A stretch of DNA of 51,794 nt, taken from positions 1 through 51,794 of the IMG/VR virus record IMGVR_UViG_3300005573_000013, one strand, 5' to 3'. This DNA is from a virus (taxonomy: Duplodnaviria; Caudoviricetes). Each line of letters opens with the position of its first letter. Position 1 is the stretch's first letter. A model generated the notes under the pieces. It was given only the letters and a program-made list of their open reading frames with translations. It was not told the origin of the DNA and did no database searches. The translations under genes and the position numbers were made by a program. Of the stretch, positions 8,136 through 16,058 are shown piece by piece.

Positions 8136-9596
8136 ATGGAAATAAATAAAATATATCAAGGTGATTGTTTAGAGGTTTTAAAAACTTTTCCTGATGAATG
8201 TGTGGATTGTATTATTACTTCACCGCCTTACTGGGGTTTAAGGGATTACGGGGTTGAAGGACAGCTCGGACTTGAAAAAACCCTTGATGAATACCTTAAC
8301 AAAATGCTTTTAATTACCGCCGAACTGAAACGAGTCCTTAAAAAGACAGGGACGATGTGGTGGAATCACGGGGATTGTTATGGAAGTTCACCAGCAGGAA
8401 ATAACCCTGAAAATGTTGAAAAGTGGGGGGAGAAAGGCGATGGTTTCTATAAACGATTGAGTATTAGACACAGACAAGGAAATAGTAAAAATAAACCTAC
8501 ACCAAAAAGCCAATCAGTTCCTAAAAAATGTCTTGCTCTTCAAAATTGGCGGTTAATTTTACGAATGATTGACGAACAACAATGGATACTTCGCAATGTA
8601 ATTGTCTGGCACAAACCAAACCATATGCCCAGTAGCGTCAAAGACCGCCTGACAAATAGTTATGAACCAGTTTTCTTTTTAACAAAAAGCCGTCGCTACT
8701 TCTTTGACCTTGATGCTATCCGTGTTCCACACAAAACTATGGAAAAGAGACCATTAAGAAGTTTTAATTATTGTGTTCGTGACGCCGAAAAGAAATCAGA
8801 ACAATGTCCGCAATTTAAAGCAACGAAAGAGGAAATTGAGAAATATAAGTTTTTAGGACATCAAAATCCTAATAGGGCAGGTAGAGATTATAAAGACCCT
8901 GAAAAAGCAATTCAGGCAAAGATGAGGTGGTATCAGCATAAAACCCATTATCCCCAAGACCAAGCAGAAAGTTTTGGAAGTCCGAGAGCAAGATATTGGA
9001 GAAAACAAAAATTTATTACCCCAGAGCAACAGAAAGAAACCCAAGAAAAAACTGGTTGGATAGAAGGTAGTGGAAGAATAAGAAGTTTTTTTGATAATTT
9101 TGGTGGACAAACAAATCCTCGTGGTAAAAATCCTGGAGATATAATTTTTCCTGATTTAATAGAAGAATTATCAGCTAAATTTCACGAAATCTATCAAGAA
9201 GAAGCAAAAAGACAGGGAGATGTAAGACATAAAGATGATTATAATGAATTGTCCGAAAACATTAAAGAGTTTGATAGAGTTTTGGCGCGATGGGTATTAC
9301 AGAACTTTCAGATTAAACAAGATATACCTAACGATATTTGGCGAATTCCCACTCAACCCGCCCCACCAGAAGTTAGGGGAAAGCATTTTGCCACCTTCCC
9401 CGAGAAACTCGTTGAGCCGATGATTAAGGCGGGATGCCCATTGAATGGCATTGTCCTTGACCCCTTTATGGGAAGCGGAACAATCGCCGTTGTTGCCAAG
9501 AAGTTAGGCAGGAATTATATTGGAATAGAACTTAATCCTGAATACATAGAGACAGCAAATAAAAGAATAAGTGCCATACCTGAAAAATTGATATAA
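8136..9596 (+). CDS. Orphan beta-class amino (N4-C/N6-A) DNA methyltransferase with long inserts
   Basis: TSPPY motif IV near the N-terminus, HFATFP and LDPFMGSGT motif I near the C-terminus. Confidence 0.92.
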   Translation: MEINKIYQGDCLEVLKTFPDECVDCIITSPPYWGLRDYGVEGQLGLEKTLDEYLNKMLLITAELKRVLKKTGTMWWNHGDCYGSSPAGNNPENVEKWGEKGDGFYKRLSIRHRQGNSKNKPTPKSQSVPKKCLALQNWRLILRMIDEQQWILRNVIVWHKPNHMPSSVKDRLTNSYEPVFFLTKSRRYFFDLDAIRVPHKTMEKRPLRSFNYCVRDAEKKSEQCPQFKATKEEIEKYKFLGHQNPNRAGRDYKDPEKAIQAKMRWYQHKTHYPQDQAESFGSPRARYWRKQKFITPEQQKETQEKTGWIEGSGRIRSFFDNFGGQTNPRGKNPGDIIFPDLIEELSAKFHEIYQEEAKRQGDVRHKDDYNELSENIKEFDRVLARWVLQNFQIKQDIPNDIWRIPTQPAPPEVRGKHFATFPEKLVEPMIKAGCPLNGIVLDPFMGSGTIAVVAKKLGRNYIGIELNPEYIETANKRISAIPEKLI

Positions 9597-9656
9597 GGGT
9601 CTTTCTCGGGGTAGCCGAATAATTGTTTGGCTGTCCCGACGAAAGGAGTTTCGCCG

Positions 9657-10142
9657 ATGTGTATGCTGAAAGCCCAACTGAAACTTCTGTTTGTCTTAAT
9701 CGTCGCCGCTCAGATAAGTTGGGTCAATGCGGACACAAAAACAGAAACCAAAATCAAAATGGTTCAAGGTCAACTTGTCTTGCCTAACCGTGAGGTTCAA
9801 ATTACGACTGGCAGGTCAAGATATGACGAAGACTTGGAGGCACTTTCAAAAGTGGGACAAGTAAAGGTGATTGGTCGGGATAATCGCCAGTGTGTTACTT
9901 ACGCCCGAGCCAAGACGGGCAAGCCTGTCTATGGACTGGCAAGGCTCAATCCAACTAACTCCGCTTATCCTCAAGTAGGGGCGGTAGTTAAGACGAATGA
10001 GTCAAAAAGTGGGCACTTGGCGGTGGTCGTTGCGGAAACTTATTCGACAATCACTATCCGTGAGGCAAATTACAGGCACGGATTTGAGACAGAGAGAGTA
10101 TTGCTCAAGACAGATGGTCGAATCTTGGGCTATGTAATCTAA
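9657..10142 (+). CDS. Secreted CHAP-domain peptidoglycan hydrolase
   Basis: N-terminal signal-like helix; QCVTYAR, PQVGAVV, GHLAVV and EANY motifs. Confidence 0.75.
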   Translation: MCMLKAQLKLLFVLIVAAQISWVNADTKTETKIKMVQGQLVLPNREVQITTGRSRYDEDLEALSKVGQVKVIGRDNRQCVTYARAKTGKPVYGLARLNPTNSAYPQVGAVVKTNESKSGHLAVVVAETYSTITIREANYRHGFETERVLLKTDGRILGYVI

Positions 10143-10159
10143 TGTTTTAGGGAGGATTT

Positions 10160-10393
10160 ATGCCAGATTTAACTTTGGTTGCCTTCATTGGTTCGGCAAT
10201 CGTGGGTGTTGTAGAGGGAATTAAGCGTCTTATTCCTTCCGTTAATGGCTATGTTACCGTTGTGATTGCGGGCATTTTAGGCTTGTTATCGGGTTTTGCG
10301 GGGATTGCGGGAGTAAACTGGTTTTGGGGCTTAATCGCGGGATTGGCTGCCGCTGGTGGCGTAACGATTGCTACCAAAATTGGTGGCAAATAG
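10160..10393 (+). CDS. Holin-like multi-TM protein
   Basis: 77 aa, 2-3 Gly/Ala-rich TM helices, VVEGIK motif, GGAGG SD. Confidence 0.7.
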   Translation: MPDLTLVAFIGSAIVGVVEGIKRLIPSVNGYVTVVIAGILGLLSGFAGIAGVNWFWGLIAGLAAAGGVTIATKIGGK

Positions 10394-10407
10394 TGTATAA
10401 TCAAAGC

Positions 10408-10486
10408 ATTCAATCACTCTTGTCCTGACTGAAGGTGTCATTTTTAGAGAAAGCTATCGCCAATGTCAAGGACAGTGAGATTGGAT
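10408..10486 (+). ncRNA. Long interrupted stem-loop at the end of the late transcript
   Basis: ATTCAATC/GATTGGAT and TGTCCTGAC/GTCAAGGACA pairings. Confidence 0.45.
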
Positions 10487-10492
10487 ATTTAA

Positions 10493-10547
10493 ACAAAGAC
10501 TACCCATACGAGGGGCTTCGGGCCTTAACTCATTGGGTGGTTTTTGT
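10493..10547 (+). terminator. Probable intrinsic terminator closing the late/accessory operon
   Basis: ACAAAGACTACCCA/TGGGTGGTTTTTGT stem ending in a T-tract. Confidence 0.55.
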
Positions 10548-10662
10548 ATTAAAATTGTTAGAGAGGCGTTTAGCGGGTTTTAGAGGGTATTTTCAAGTGA
10601 TTGTTGAAAGCTGGCGTTATTTCCGTTGTTTATAATGCCATTATAATCATCGGATAAAACCC

Positions 10663-10691
10663 TTGACAAAAATAAAAAAGTATGATATAAT
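10663..10691 (+). promoter_or_regulatory. Consensus sigma70 promoter
   Basis: TTGACA-17-TATAAT with extended TG. Confidence 0.85.
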
Positions 10692-10708
10692 AAAAATAAG
10701 ATAAAAAG

Positions 10709-10717
10709 TTATCCACA
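10709..10717 (+). promoter_or_regulatory. DnaA box
   Basis: Perfect TTATCCACA. Confidence 0.65.
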
Positions 10718-10718
10718 C

Positions 10719-10747
10719 TTGACAAAATAAAAAAAGTTTTTTATAAT
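10719..10747 (+). promoter_or_regulatory. Consensus sigma70 promoter
   Basis: TTGACA-17-TATAAT. Confidence 0.85.
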
Positions 10748-10768
10748 AAGGATGTAGGATAAAAAACC

Positions 10769-10777
10769 TGTGGATAA
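10769..10777 (-). promoter_or_regulatory. DnaA box (inverted)
   Basis: TGTGGATAA is the reverse complement of TTATCCACA. Confidence 0.6.
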
Positions 10778-10939
10778 CTCCTCGACAAACCCGCACATCA
10801 AATTGGGTAAAAGTCAAAGGAGGGTCGCAGGTTAGGAGGGGAGGGCTGAAGATAGCCGGAAGGAATCTTCGGCTCGCCCCAAGAATCCGGGGGAGAACCT
10901 TACTTAATAGTAAAAGTTAAAGGAATTGAAAGGAGTAAG

Positions 10940-11113
10940 ATGATTCAAAATGAGGGCGAGTTACTTAAACTAATGGATGCTGACTTTGGCAACACCGACA
11001 AGGGAATAATCAACCGAGTGGAAACGACGGTTGGTGATTGTCTTGAGTTCTGGGATATCCAAGTGGATAGGCTTTGGAGTGAATTGAATGAGAGGAGGAA
11101 AGATGACCAATAA
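10940..11113 (+). CDS. Hypothetical early protein, 57 aa (not in ORF track)
   Basis: AAGGAG SD; MIQNEGELLK...RRKDDQ. Confidence 0.6.
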   Translation: MIQNEGELLKLMDADFGNTDKGIINRVETTVGDCLEFWDIQVDRLWSELNERRKDDQ

Positions 11114-11324
11114 GGACTATGAGATAATTGCTGATGCCATTGTTGCCGTTAAGAGAAAGTATCCATTGACCCACAGGGTAAAGCAAAACCTGATTGATGA
11201 GGTGGTGGGTTCAATTGAATTTGAGTTTGGGATCAATGGAAAACTAAAAAGAGATTGTCCGATGTTGATAACTGACTATGTTTATAAAAAGATGGAGAAG
11301 GAAATGGAGGGGAAAAATGAATGA
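11103..11324 (+). CDS. Hypothetical early protein
   Basis: GAGGAGG SD before ATG 11103 (MTNKDYEIIADAI). Confidence 0.65.
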   Translation: MTNKDYEIIADAIVAVKRKYPLTHRVKQNLIDEVVGSIEFEFGINGKLKRDCPMLITDYVYKKMEKEMEGKNE

Positions 11325-11466
11325 GGAACTTTGGCGAAAAATTATGGCTACGGGTAAAAGAATGGAAAGGGGGATGGTAAATTCTTTCAGTGATGGTGAT
11401 GTTGAGACCATATTGGCAATAATGGATTTCATGGGGGCTACTGAGGTTTGGCCTTCGAGGATTTGA
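11317..11466 (+). CDS. Hypothetical early protein
   Basis: GGAGGG SD before ATG 11317; overlaps the upstream stop. Confidence 0.5.
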   Translation: MNEELWRKIMATGKRMERGMVNSFSDGDVETILAIMDFMGATEVWPSRI

Positions 11467-11520
11467 CCTACCTAGATAGCCATTTGTATAATAAGCATAA
11501 ATTGTTAAGAGTGGCAAGTA

Positions 11521-11549
11521 TTGACAAAATTAAAAAGAAAAAGTATAAT
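11521..11549 (+). promoter_or_regulatory. Consensus sigma70 promoter
   Basis: TTGACA-17-TATAAT. Confidence 0.85.
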
Positions 11550-11566
11550 TAAAAAGGAGGATAATT

Positions 11567-12004
11567 ATTAGTACACTTTTAGCGGCGGTATTGATGTTTT
11601 TCGGAACGCAATCGGCAACCCCACCGCCACAAGGAACTGATTATCTTGAGAAGCCGCTTATAGCGGAAACACAGATAACCCAAGAGAAAACAAATGATAG
11701 AATGGCAATCATACAAGATATCGCCGGCGAAAACTGGAAGTTGGTTTATGCGATAGGTTATCACGAGTCGGGAAACTTCACCTCCGGATTATGTGTGAGG
11801 CAGAATAACTGTTGGGGAAGAAAGTCTGCTTCCGGTGGTTGGGAAAGTTGGCCAACCTTTGAAGATGGGGTTAGGGATCAAGTATCTTACTTGGAACGCA
11901 AATACTTCAGTAAAGGGCTTTATACTCCAAAACAGATAAATCCAATGTATGCGGAAGATGATTCTTGGTATATCAAGGTTCAAAGGATAATTGATAGGAT
12001 TTGA
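11567..12004 (+). CDS. Secreted lysozyme-fold glucosaminidase-like (GH73-like) hydrolase; start uncertain (ATT 11564/11567 or TTG 11591)
   Basis: AIGYHESGN, NNCWG, YAED.W motifs; hydrophobic N-terminus. Confidence 0.7.
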   Translation: MSTLLAAVLMFFGTQSATPPPQGTDYLEKPLIAETQITQEKTNDRMAIIQDIAGENWKLVYAIGYHESGNFTSGLCVRQNNCWGRKSASGGWESWPTFEDGVRDQVSYLERKYFSKGLYTPKQINPMYAEDDSWYIKVQRIIDRI

Positions 12005-12023
12005 GGAGACGAAGGGAGGAAAG

Positions 12024-12101
12024 ATGAAAAGATACTCAGTTCTGATTACGCTTCTGGTTATACTTGCCTTGATTTTAGTTATAGGTTTTCTATTAAAATA
12101 G
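12024..12101 (+). CDS. 25-aa membrane peptide MKRYSVLITLLVILALILVIGFLLK (not in ORF track)
   Basis: GGAGG SD; single TM helix. Confidence 0.5.
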   Translation: MKRYSVLITLLVILALILVIGFLLK

Positions 12102-12111
12102 AAAGGATAAC

Positions 12112-12333
12112 ATGGAAGCTATTGACCCAAACAAATTCTATCGGTATCGAGACATTGCCCGCAACGGCTGGCTTGGACTTGGTGAAATGGGAGTCTATGC
12201 TCTTGTCCGATCCGGAAAACTGAAGTCAGTCAACGTCTCTTCTGGCAACAAGGCGAAACGGTACATCATCCGGGGTGAATGGATTCTGGAATTCTTGAGG
12301 GATAACCAAAGTTCACCGATAAAAAAATTTTAA
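12112..12333 (+). CDS. Excisionase/MerR-like HTH DNA-binding protein
   Basis: VYALVRSGKLKSVNV...RYIIRGEWILEFL pattern. Confidence 0.7.
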   Translation: MEAIDPNKFYRYRDIARNGWLGLGEMGVYALVRSGKLKSVNVSSGNKAKRYIIRGEWILEFLRDNQSSPIKKF

Positions 12334-12337
12334 AAAC

Positions 12338-12366
12338 TTGACAAAAATAAAAAAGTATTATATAAT
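12338..12366 (+). promoter_or_regulatory. Consensus sigma70 promoter
   Basis: TTGACA-17-TATAAT; differs by 1 base from the 10663 promoter. Confidence 0.85.
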
Positions 12367-12384
12367 TAAAATGAGGATGGTAAA

Positions 12385-12636
12385 ATGAAACTTTATACCC
12401 CTAGAAGTAAAACCGAACCCCAAAAAGAAAGAGCAGTGGAGGCCGATTCTTCCCAAGAAGCCTGTAAATTAGTAGACTCGCAAGTTGGGGAAGAGACCTT
12501 ATTAAAGGAAGAGATGATTTGTTCTTGTTGTAATAAGCGGAAACCTATTAGTCAGGGAAAACTATCCTTAGATAAGAAAACAATGCTTTGCTGGGAATGT
12601 GATAAACTTTTGGGTAAGGGTCCGGGATATAAATGA
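12385..12636 (+). CDS. Hypothetical zinc-finger protein
   Basis: CSCC...CWEC; follows a promoter. Confidence 0.55.
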   Translation: MKLYTPRSKTEPQKERAVEADSSQEACKLVDSQVGEETLLKEEMICSCCNKRKPISQGKLSLDKKTMLCWECDKLLGKGPGYK

Positions 12637-12672
12637 TTAAGATTAGAATGATAATTAAATAATGGAGGTAAG

Positions 12673-13410
12673 GTGATTTTAGACCAGGCGTTAGATAGAT
12701 TGATTGCCGATAAGGTTCTCAAAAAGGAGGCGGAAGATAAGTTGAATTATGTGCCGTCTGGCAAACTCTCGGCTTCGATACTTGGGCAGCCGCTTCAATG
12801 GCAAATATTGAAGATTATTGGTGTTCCGCCGAGGGATGTTGAGGAATATGTTTTAAGAAAGTTTATGCGAGGGAATCATGTCGAAGAATGGCTGGTTGAG
12901 CATATGATTGGTCTCAAGGAACGGCAGAAATTCGTCGAATACAAGGATTGTATTGGTTATGTTGACGCCATTGTGGACATGTCGGAATGGGAATCGAAGG
13001 TTGGGACAATTCCTCATGAGGTAAAGTCGGTCTCTAATATGAAGTTTAAGCAAATCGAGAAAAGGGGTGAGGCGGATAGGTCTCATAAACTTCAGGCTTG
13101 CTTTTACGCTATTGCCCTTAGAAGTTCTTATTATGCGATTGATTATGTTGCTTCTGATGATTATCGGATAAAGACTTGGATTTTTGAAACAGATGAATTG
13201 AAAGAGGAAGTCGAAAGAATTATAGATGAAGTCTATAAAACCCTGTCAAAGGGACGTGTCCCGGTATTTAAGCCGATAGAAGACTGGCATAGTGGAAAGA
13301 TGTATAACCCTTATCCCGACTGGAAACAATTAAGTGAAAAAGAGATTGAGAATAAACTAAAGGTCGAATTCTCAAAGCAATATGAAATATTAAAGAAAGG
13401 AGTAAAATGA
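12673..13410 (+). CDS. PD-(D/E)XK Cas4/RecB-like exonuclease
   Basis: SAS, GNHVE, GYVDA, HEVKS and LQACFY motifs. Confidence 0.8.
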   Translation: MILDQALDRLIADKVLKKEAEDKLNYVPSGKLSASILGQPLQWQILKIIGVPPRDVEEYVLRKFMRGNHVEEWLVEHMIGLKERQKFVEYKDCIGYVDAIVDMSEWESKVGTIPHEVKSVSNMKFKQIEKRGEADRSHKLQACFYAIALRSSYYAIDYVASDDYRIKTWIFETDELKEEVERIIDEVYKTLSKGRVPVFKPIEDWHSGKMYNPYPDWKQLSEKEIENKLKVEFSKQYEILKKGVK

Positions 13411-13523
13411 CCGATTTTGTGTATTACATTACCGTCAGTGCTACCATCTTATTGGCTGTCATTGGTATCGCTGGCTGGGCAAGGGTTTACGATTTGAGCA
13501 ACCCGGATGCCAAAAAGAAATAA
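13407..13523 (+). CDS. 38-aa membrane peptide (not in ORF track)
   Basis: AAGGAG SD, ATGA overlap, one TM helix. Confidence 0.5.
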   Translation: MTDFVYYITVSATILLAVIGIAGWARVYDLSNPDAKKK

Positions 13524-13543
13524 GAGAAATAAAGAGGTATGGA

Positions 13544-14140
13544 ATGCCATTCATAATTGACAAGGAATACGAAGGTGAAACTGGACCAAGCAATTTCATG
13601 AAATTGAAGGTCGGTGAGAACAGAATTAGAATTGCCTCCCAGACGTTCCACTTCAAGAAACATGGCTTCAAGTCAGAGGGCAAGTATTCCTCGAAAATCT
13701 GCCAAGGTGAAGGTTGTCCTTACTGCCTACAAGGGAATGAGCCGAAGAACCGATACGCCTGGACAGTGATTGATCGGGAGGATGGACAGGTTAAGATTTT
13801 AGAGGTCGGTTGGCAGATTTACGGGCAGTTACTGGCTTACGCTAAAGATGAGGACTATGGCGAACTTACTGGTTATGACATCAAGATTAAGCGAACCGGT
13901 GAGGGTCTGGAGACGGAATATAGTGTGGTTGCCTCGCCTAAAAAGTCAGAGATAACTGATGAGGAAAAGCAGGCCATAATTGACGCCAAGATTGACCTTG
14001 AGAAAGTATTCAGTGCGGGCAAGTTTGGTAGTAGGGAAAAGCCGGATAATGAAGAAGTGCCGATTGAAGCTTATTCAGATGAAGAACCGATTGAGGAAGA
14101 CCTTGATCTCCTAAGCACTTTTGATCAAGGAATTAAGTAA
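13544..14140 (+). CDS. gp32-like single-stranded DNA-binding protein
   Basis: FMKLKVGENRIRI, C..CPYC, GYDIKIKRTGEGLETEYSV, acidic C-terminal tail. Confidence 0.75.
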   Translation: MPFIIDKEYEGETGPSNFMKLKVGENRIRIASQTFHFKKHGFKSEGKYSSKICQGEGCPYCLQGNEPKNRYAWTVIDREDGQVKILEVGWQIYGQLLAYAKDEDYGELTGYDIKIKRTGEGLETEYSVVASPKKSEITDEEKQAIIDAKIDLEKVFSAGKFGSREKPDNEEVPIEAYSDEEPIEEDLDLLSTFDQGIK

Positions 14141-14149
14141 AAATGGGGC

Positions 14150-14178
14150 TTGATTTTTTGCTTGGTATATATTATAAT
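14150..14178 (+). promoter_or_regulatory. sigma70 promoter of the replication gene
   Basis: TTGATT-17-TATAAT. Confidence 0.65.
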
Positions 14179-14184
14179 ATAATT

Positions 14185-14278
14185 GAGGCATGGTAAGATT
14201 GGACACTTGTATACAAATGTCTGCCCGCCAGTTTTGAGACAATCCTTCTTACCATTGCCTCCTGGCGGGTTTTGTATA
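14185..14278 (+). promoter_or_regulatory. Structured 5' leader with crossing helices upstream of the replication initiator
   Basis: 14185-98/14247-61 crosses 14224-31/14262-69 and 14210-17/14271-78. Confidence 0.6.
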
Positions 14279-14289
14279 AGGAGGAGGAT

Positions 14290-15006
14290 TTGAATGAATT
14301 TGAACTTGAAAAGCGTCTGATAATAATGTCAACAGACACTTATGGTGAATTACTTAAAAAATCGCCAGATGCTATCGCGCTTTACATGTTTTATTATTAC
14401 ACTGCGAAATGGCAAGGGACTAACCAGCCAAAAGCTACACCATCTTATTGCATGAAAGGGCTTAAATGGGGCGAGATTCGATTTGCCAAAGCTGATAAAA
14501 TACTCAAACAGATGGGACTTATTGAGAAAATTTCTGCCAAAGATGAACAAGGTAAGATTATTGGCTGGTATGTAAAGTTAAATTACATTTGGAAGACGCA
14601 GACTGTTAAGAATTTAAAAACCAGAACCCCTTCAAACCCACCCTCTGGTTTTAAAGGTATAAATGCTTTAAATGATAATAATATAAATGCTTTAAGTGTA
14701 ATAGATAAATCTATTAAGCAAAGCTTTGGGGATGACTCAATAAATCAGATAATCTCTTCTTTTAAAAGAGAATTTGGTTCTGAACCTATGCCTCAAAAAC
14801 AGCAAAGGTATTACTGTAAACATTTATTAAATAAGCATACCTTAAATGAAATTCTGAACGCAATTAAATTTGCCCGAATGATAATTGAAGAATGCTATGC
14901 TCCGGTGATAACGACGCCAAAGGAACTCTATTATAAATGGAACCAGCTAAAGGCGTTTTATGCCCGCAAGGTCAAAAATGGACCGAGGGTCATTGAGGAG
15001 GAATGA
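14290..15006 (+). CDS. Putative replication initiator (N-terminal wHTH, low-complexity linker, helical C-domain)
   Basis: Follows the exonuclease and SSB; AAGGAGGAGG SD before TTG 14290; internal DNA repeats as in lambda-O-like genes. Confidence 0.65.
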   Translation: MNEFELEKRLIIMSTDTYGELLKKSPDAIALYMFYYYTAKWQGTNQPKATPSYCMKGLKWGEIRFAKADKILKQMGLIEKISAKDEQGKIIGWYVKLNYIWKTQTVKNLKTRTPSNPPSGFKGINALNDNNINALSVIDKSIKQSFGDDSINQIISSFKREFGSEPMPQKQQRYYCKHLLNKHTLNEILNAIKFARMIIEECYAPVITTPKELYYKWNQLKAFYARKVKNGPRVIEEE

Positions 15007-15533
15007 TGTACTTACTTAAGTTTGCCGGTGGGCTGGTAAAAAAGGTTTCCGATGAGTATGCCAAGAGAATTGATGATTGGTGGAGTGATGAAACGCAAAA
15101 GTCAAAACTTTTGAAATTCAAGGATGGGTCTAAGGTTTTGCTTTCCACTTTAGTTGAGATGTTGCCAGTAGAAGGGCAAGAGACCGCCGAAGATAGGATT
15201 GCCAAAAATAACACCGCAAGGATAGCCGGTTATCTTGCCTCGAGCAAAACAACGGATAAGAAGGATTGGTGGATCCAAAGAATGAAAGAAAATCAGGAGC
15301 GAGTCACGAAGAAATTACCCTGGATTCACTACGATAAACAGGGCAACCAAATCACTAAAGAGGAAGCCAAGAAGATTTACGAACCAAGCCTTTATGAGAT
15401 TGACCCAACTTACCGGAAATATGTCGATGAGAGGCAAGAGAAAAGGACCGAATATTACCGCAGGGAGGATAGGGAGGCGATGGATCACTTGACGAAGGAT
15501 GCTCAAGAAATCTTTGGAGGTAGGTATGACTAA
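15003..15533 (+). CDS. Hypothetical protein (helicase-loader position)
   Basis: ATGA overlap with the initiator; GAGGAGG SD. Confidence 0.6.
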   Translation: MMYLLKFAGGLVKKVSDEYAKRIDDWWSDETQKSKLLKFKDGSKVLLSTLVEMLPVEGQETAEDRIAKNNTARIAGYLASSKTTDKKDWWIQRMKENQERVTKKLPWIHYDKQGNQITKEEAKKIYEPSLYEIDPTYRKYVDERQEKRTEYYRREDREAMDHLTKDAQEIFGGRYD

Positions 15534-15990
15534 CCTACAGAACCAAGAATGGTATACGCAGATGGTTGATGATTGCCGGGCAATCATTACTGAAAGAGTG
15601 ACTAACTCAAAGATTGAACTGATAACCGGTTACGCCGAGGTTGGGGAAAGGATTTACAATGATAAGAATTACCAGAAGTATGGCAAGGGTAATCAGGCAT
15701 TTATCGAGGGGCTTTTCAGAGATATTGGTATTGGGAAGTCAACTGGTTATAAGTGTCTCCAGTTTTATGAGAAATTCATACTTCCACATGGTGGTGTTTC
15801 TAATGGATTACAATCTTTGCCGGAGGGAAAGAATATCTCGTGGTATCGGATTTGTAATAAGTATCTTCCAGAATCTAATGGCGAATCAGTGAAGGAAGAT
15901 GGTTGTGATCATGAAAAGTTAATGTGTGTTCATTGTCATAAGACCTTTACCTGGGAAGAAATCAAAAATGACAGAAATAGTGAGAAATGA
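15526..15990 (+). CDS. Hypothetical protein (DUF1016 N-terminal-like) with C-terminal CxH/CxxC
   Basis: WY..MVDDCRAII...GYAEVGERI...ISW pattern; GGAGGT SD. Confidence 0.55.
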   Translation: MTNLQNQEWYTQMVDDCRAIITERVTNSKIELITGYAEVGERIYNDKNYQKYGKGNQAFIEGLFRDIGIGKSTGYKCLQFYEKFILPHGGVSNGLQSLPEGKNISWYRICNKYLPESNGESVKEDGCDHEKLMCVHCHKTFTWEEIKNDRNSEK

Positions 15991-16058
15991 AAAATATGTT
16001 AATGTACCAATCATCGGTGAGATAAGAGACAAAAGGATAATTTGGTATAAGGATAGGT

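Noticed and set aside
10425-10470. Hammerhead ribozyme
   Set aside because: CTGA and GAAA are present but the CUGANGA core and three-stem layout are not
10435-10635. 66-aa ORF from the track
   Set aside because: It overlies stem-loops and a terminator, has no SD and is not protein-like
11488-11517. Leftward promoter TTGCCA-18-TATTAT
   Set aside because: Weak match, with only a 3-codon ORF downstream; cannot be supported
12112-12333. Integration/excision module
   Set aside because: An Xis-like HTH is present but no tyrosine or serine recombinase was found
12673-13410. CRISPR-associated Cas4
   Set aside because: It lacks the four-Cys Fe-S pattern and sits next to an SSB as a typical recombination exonuclease
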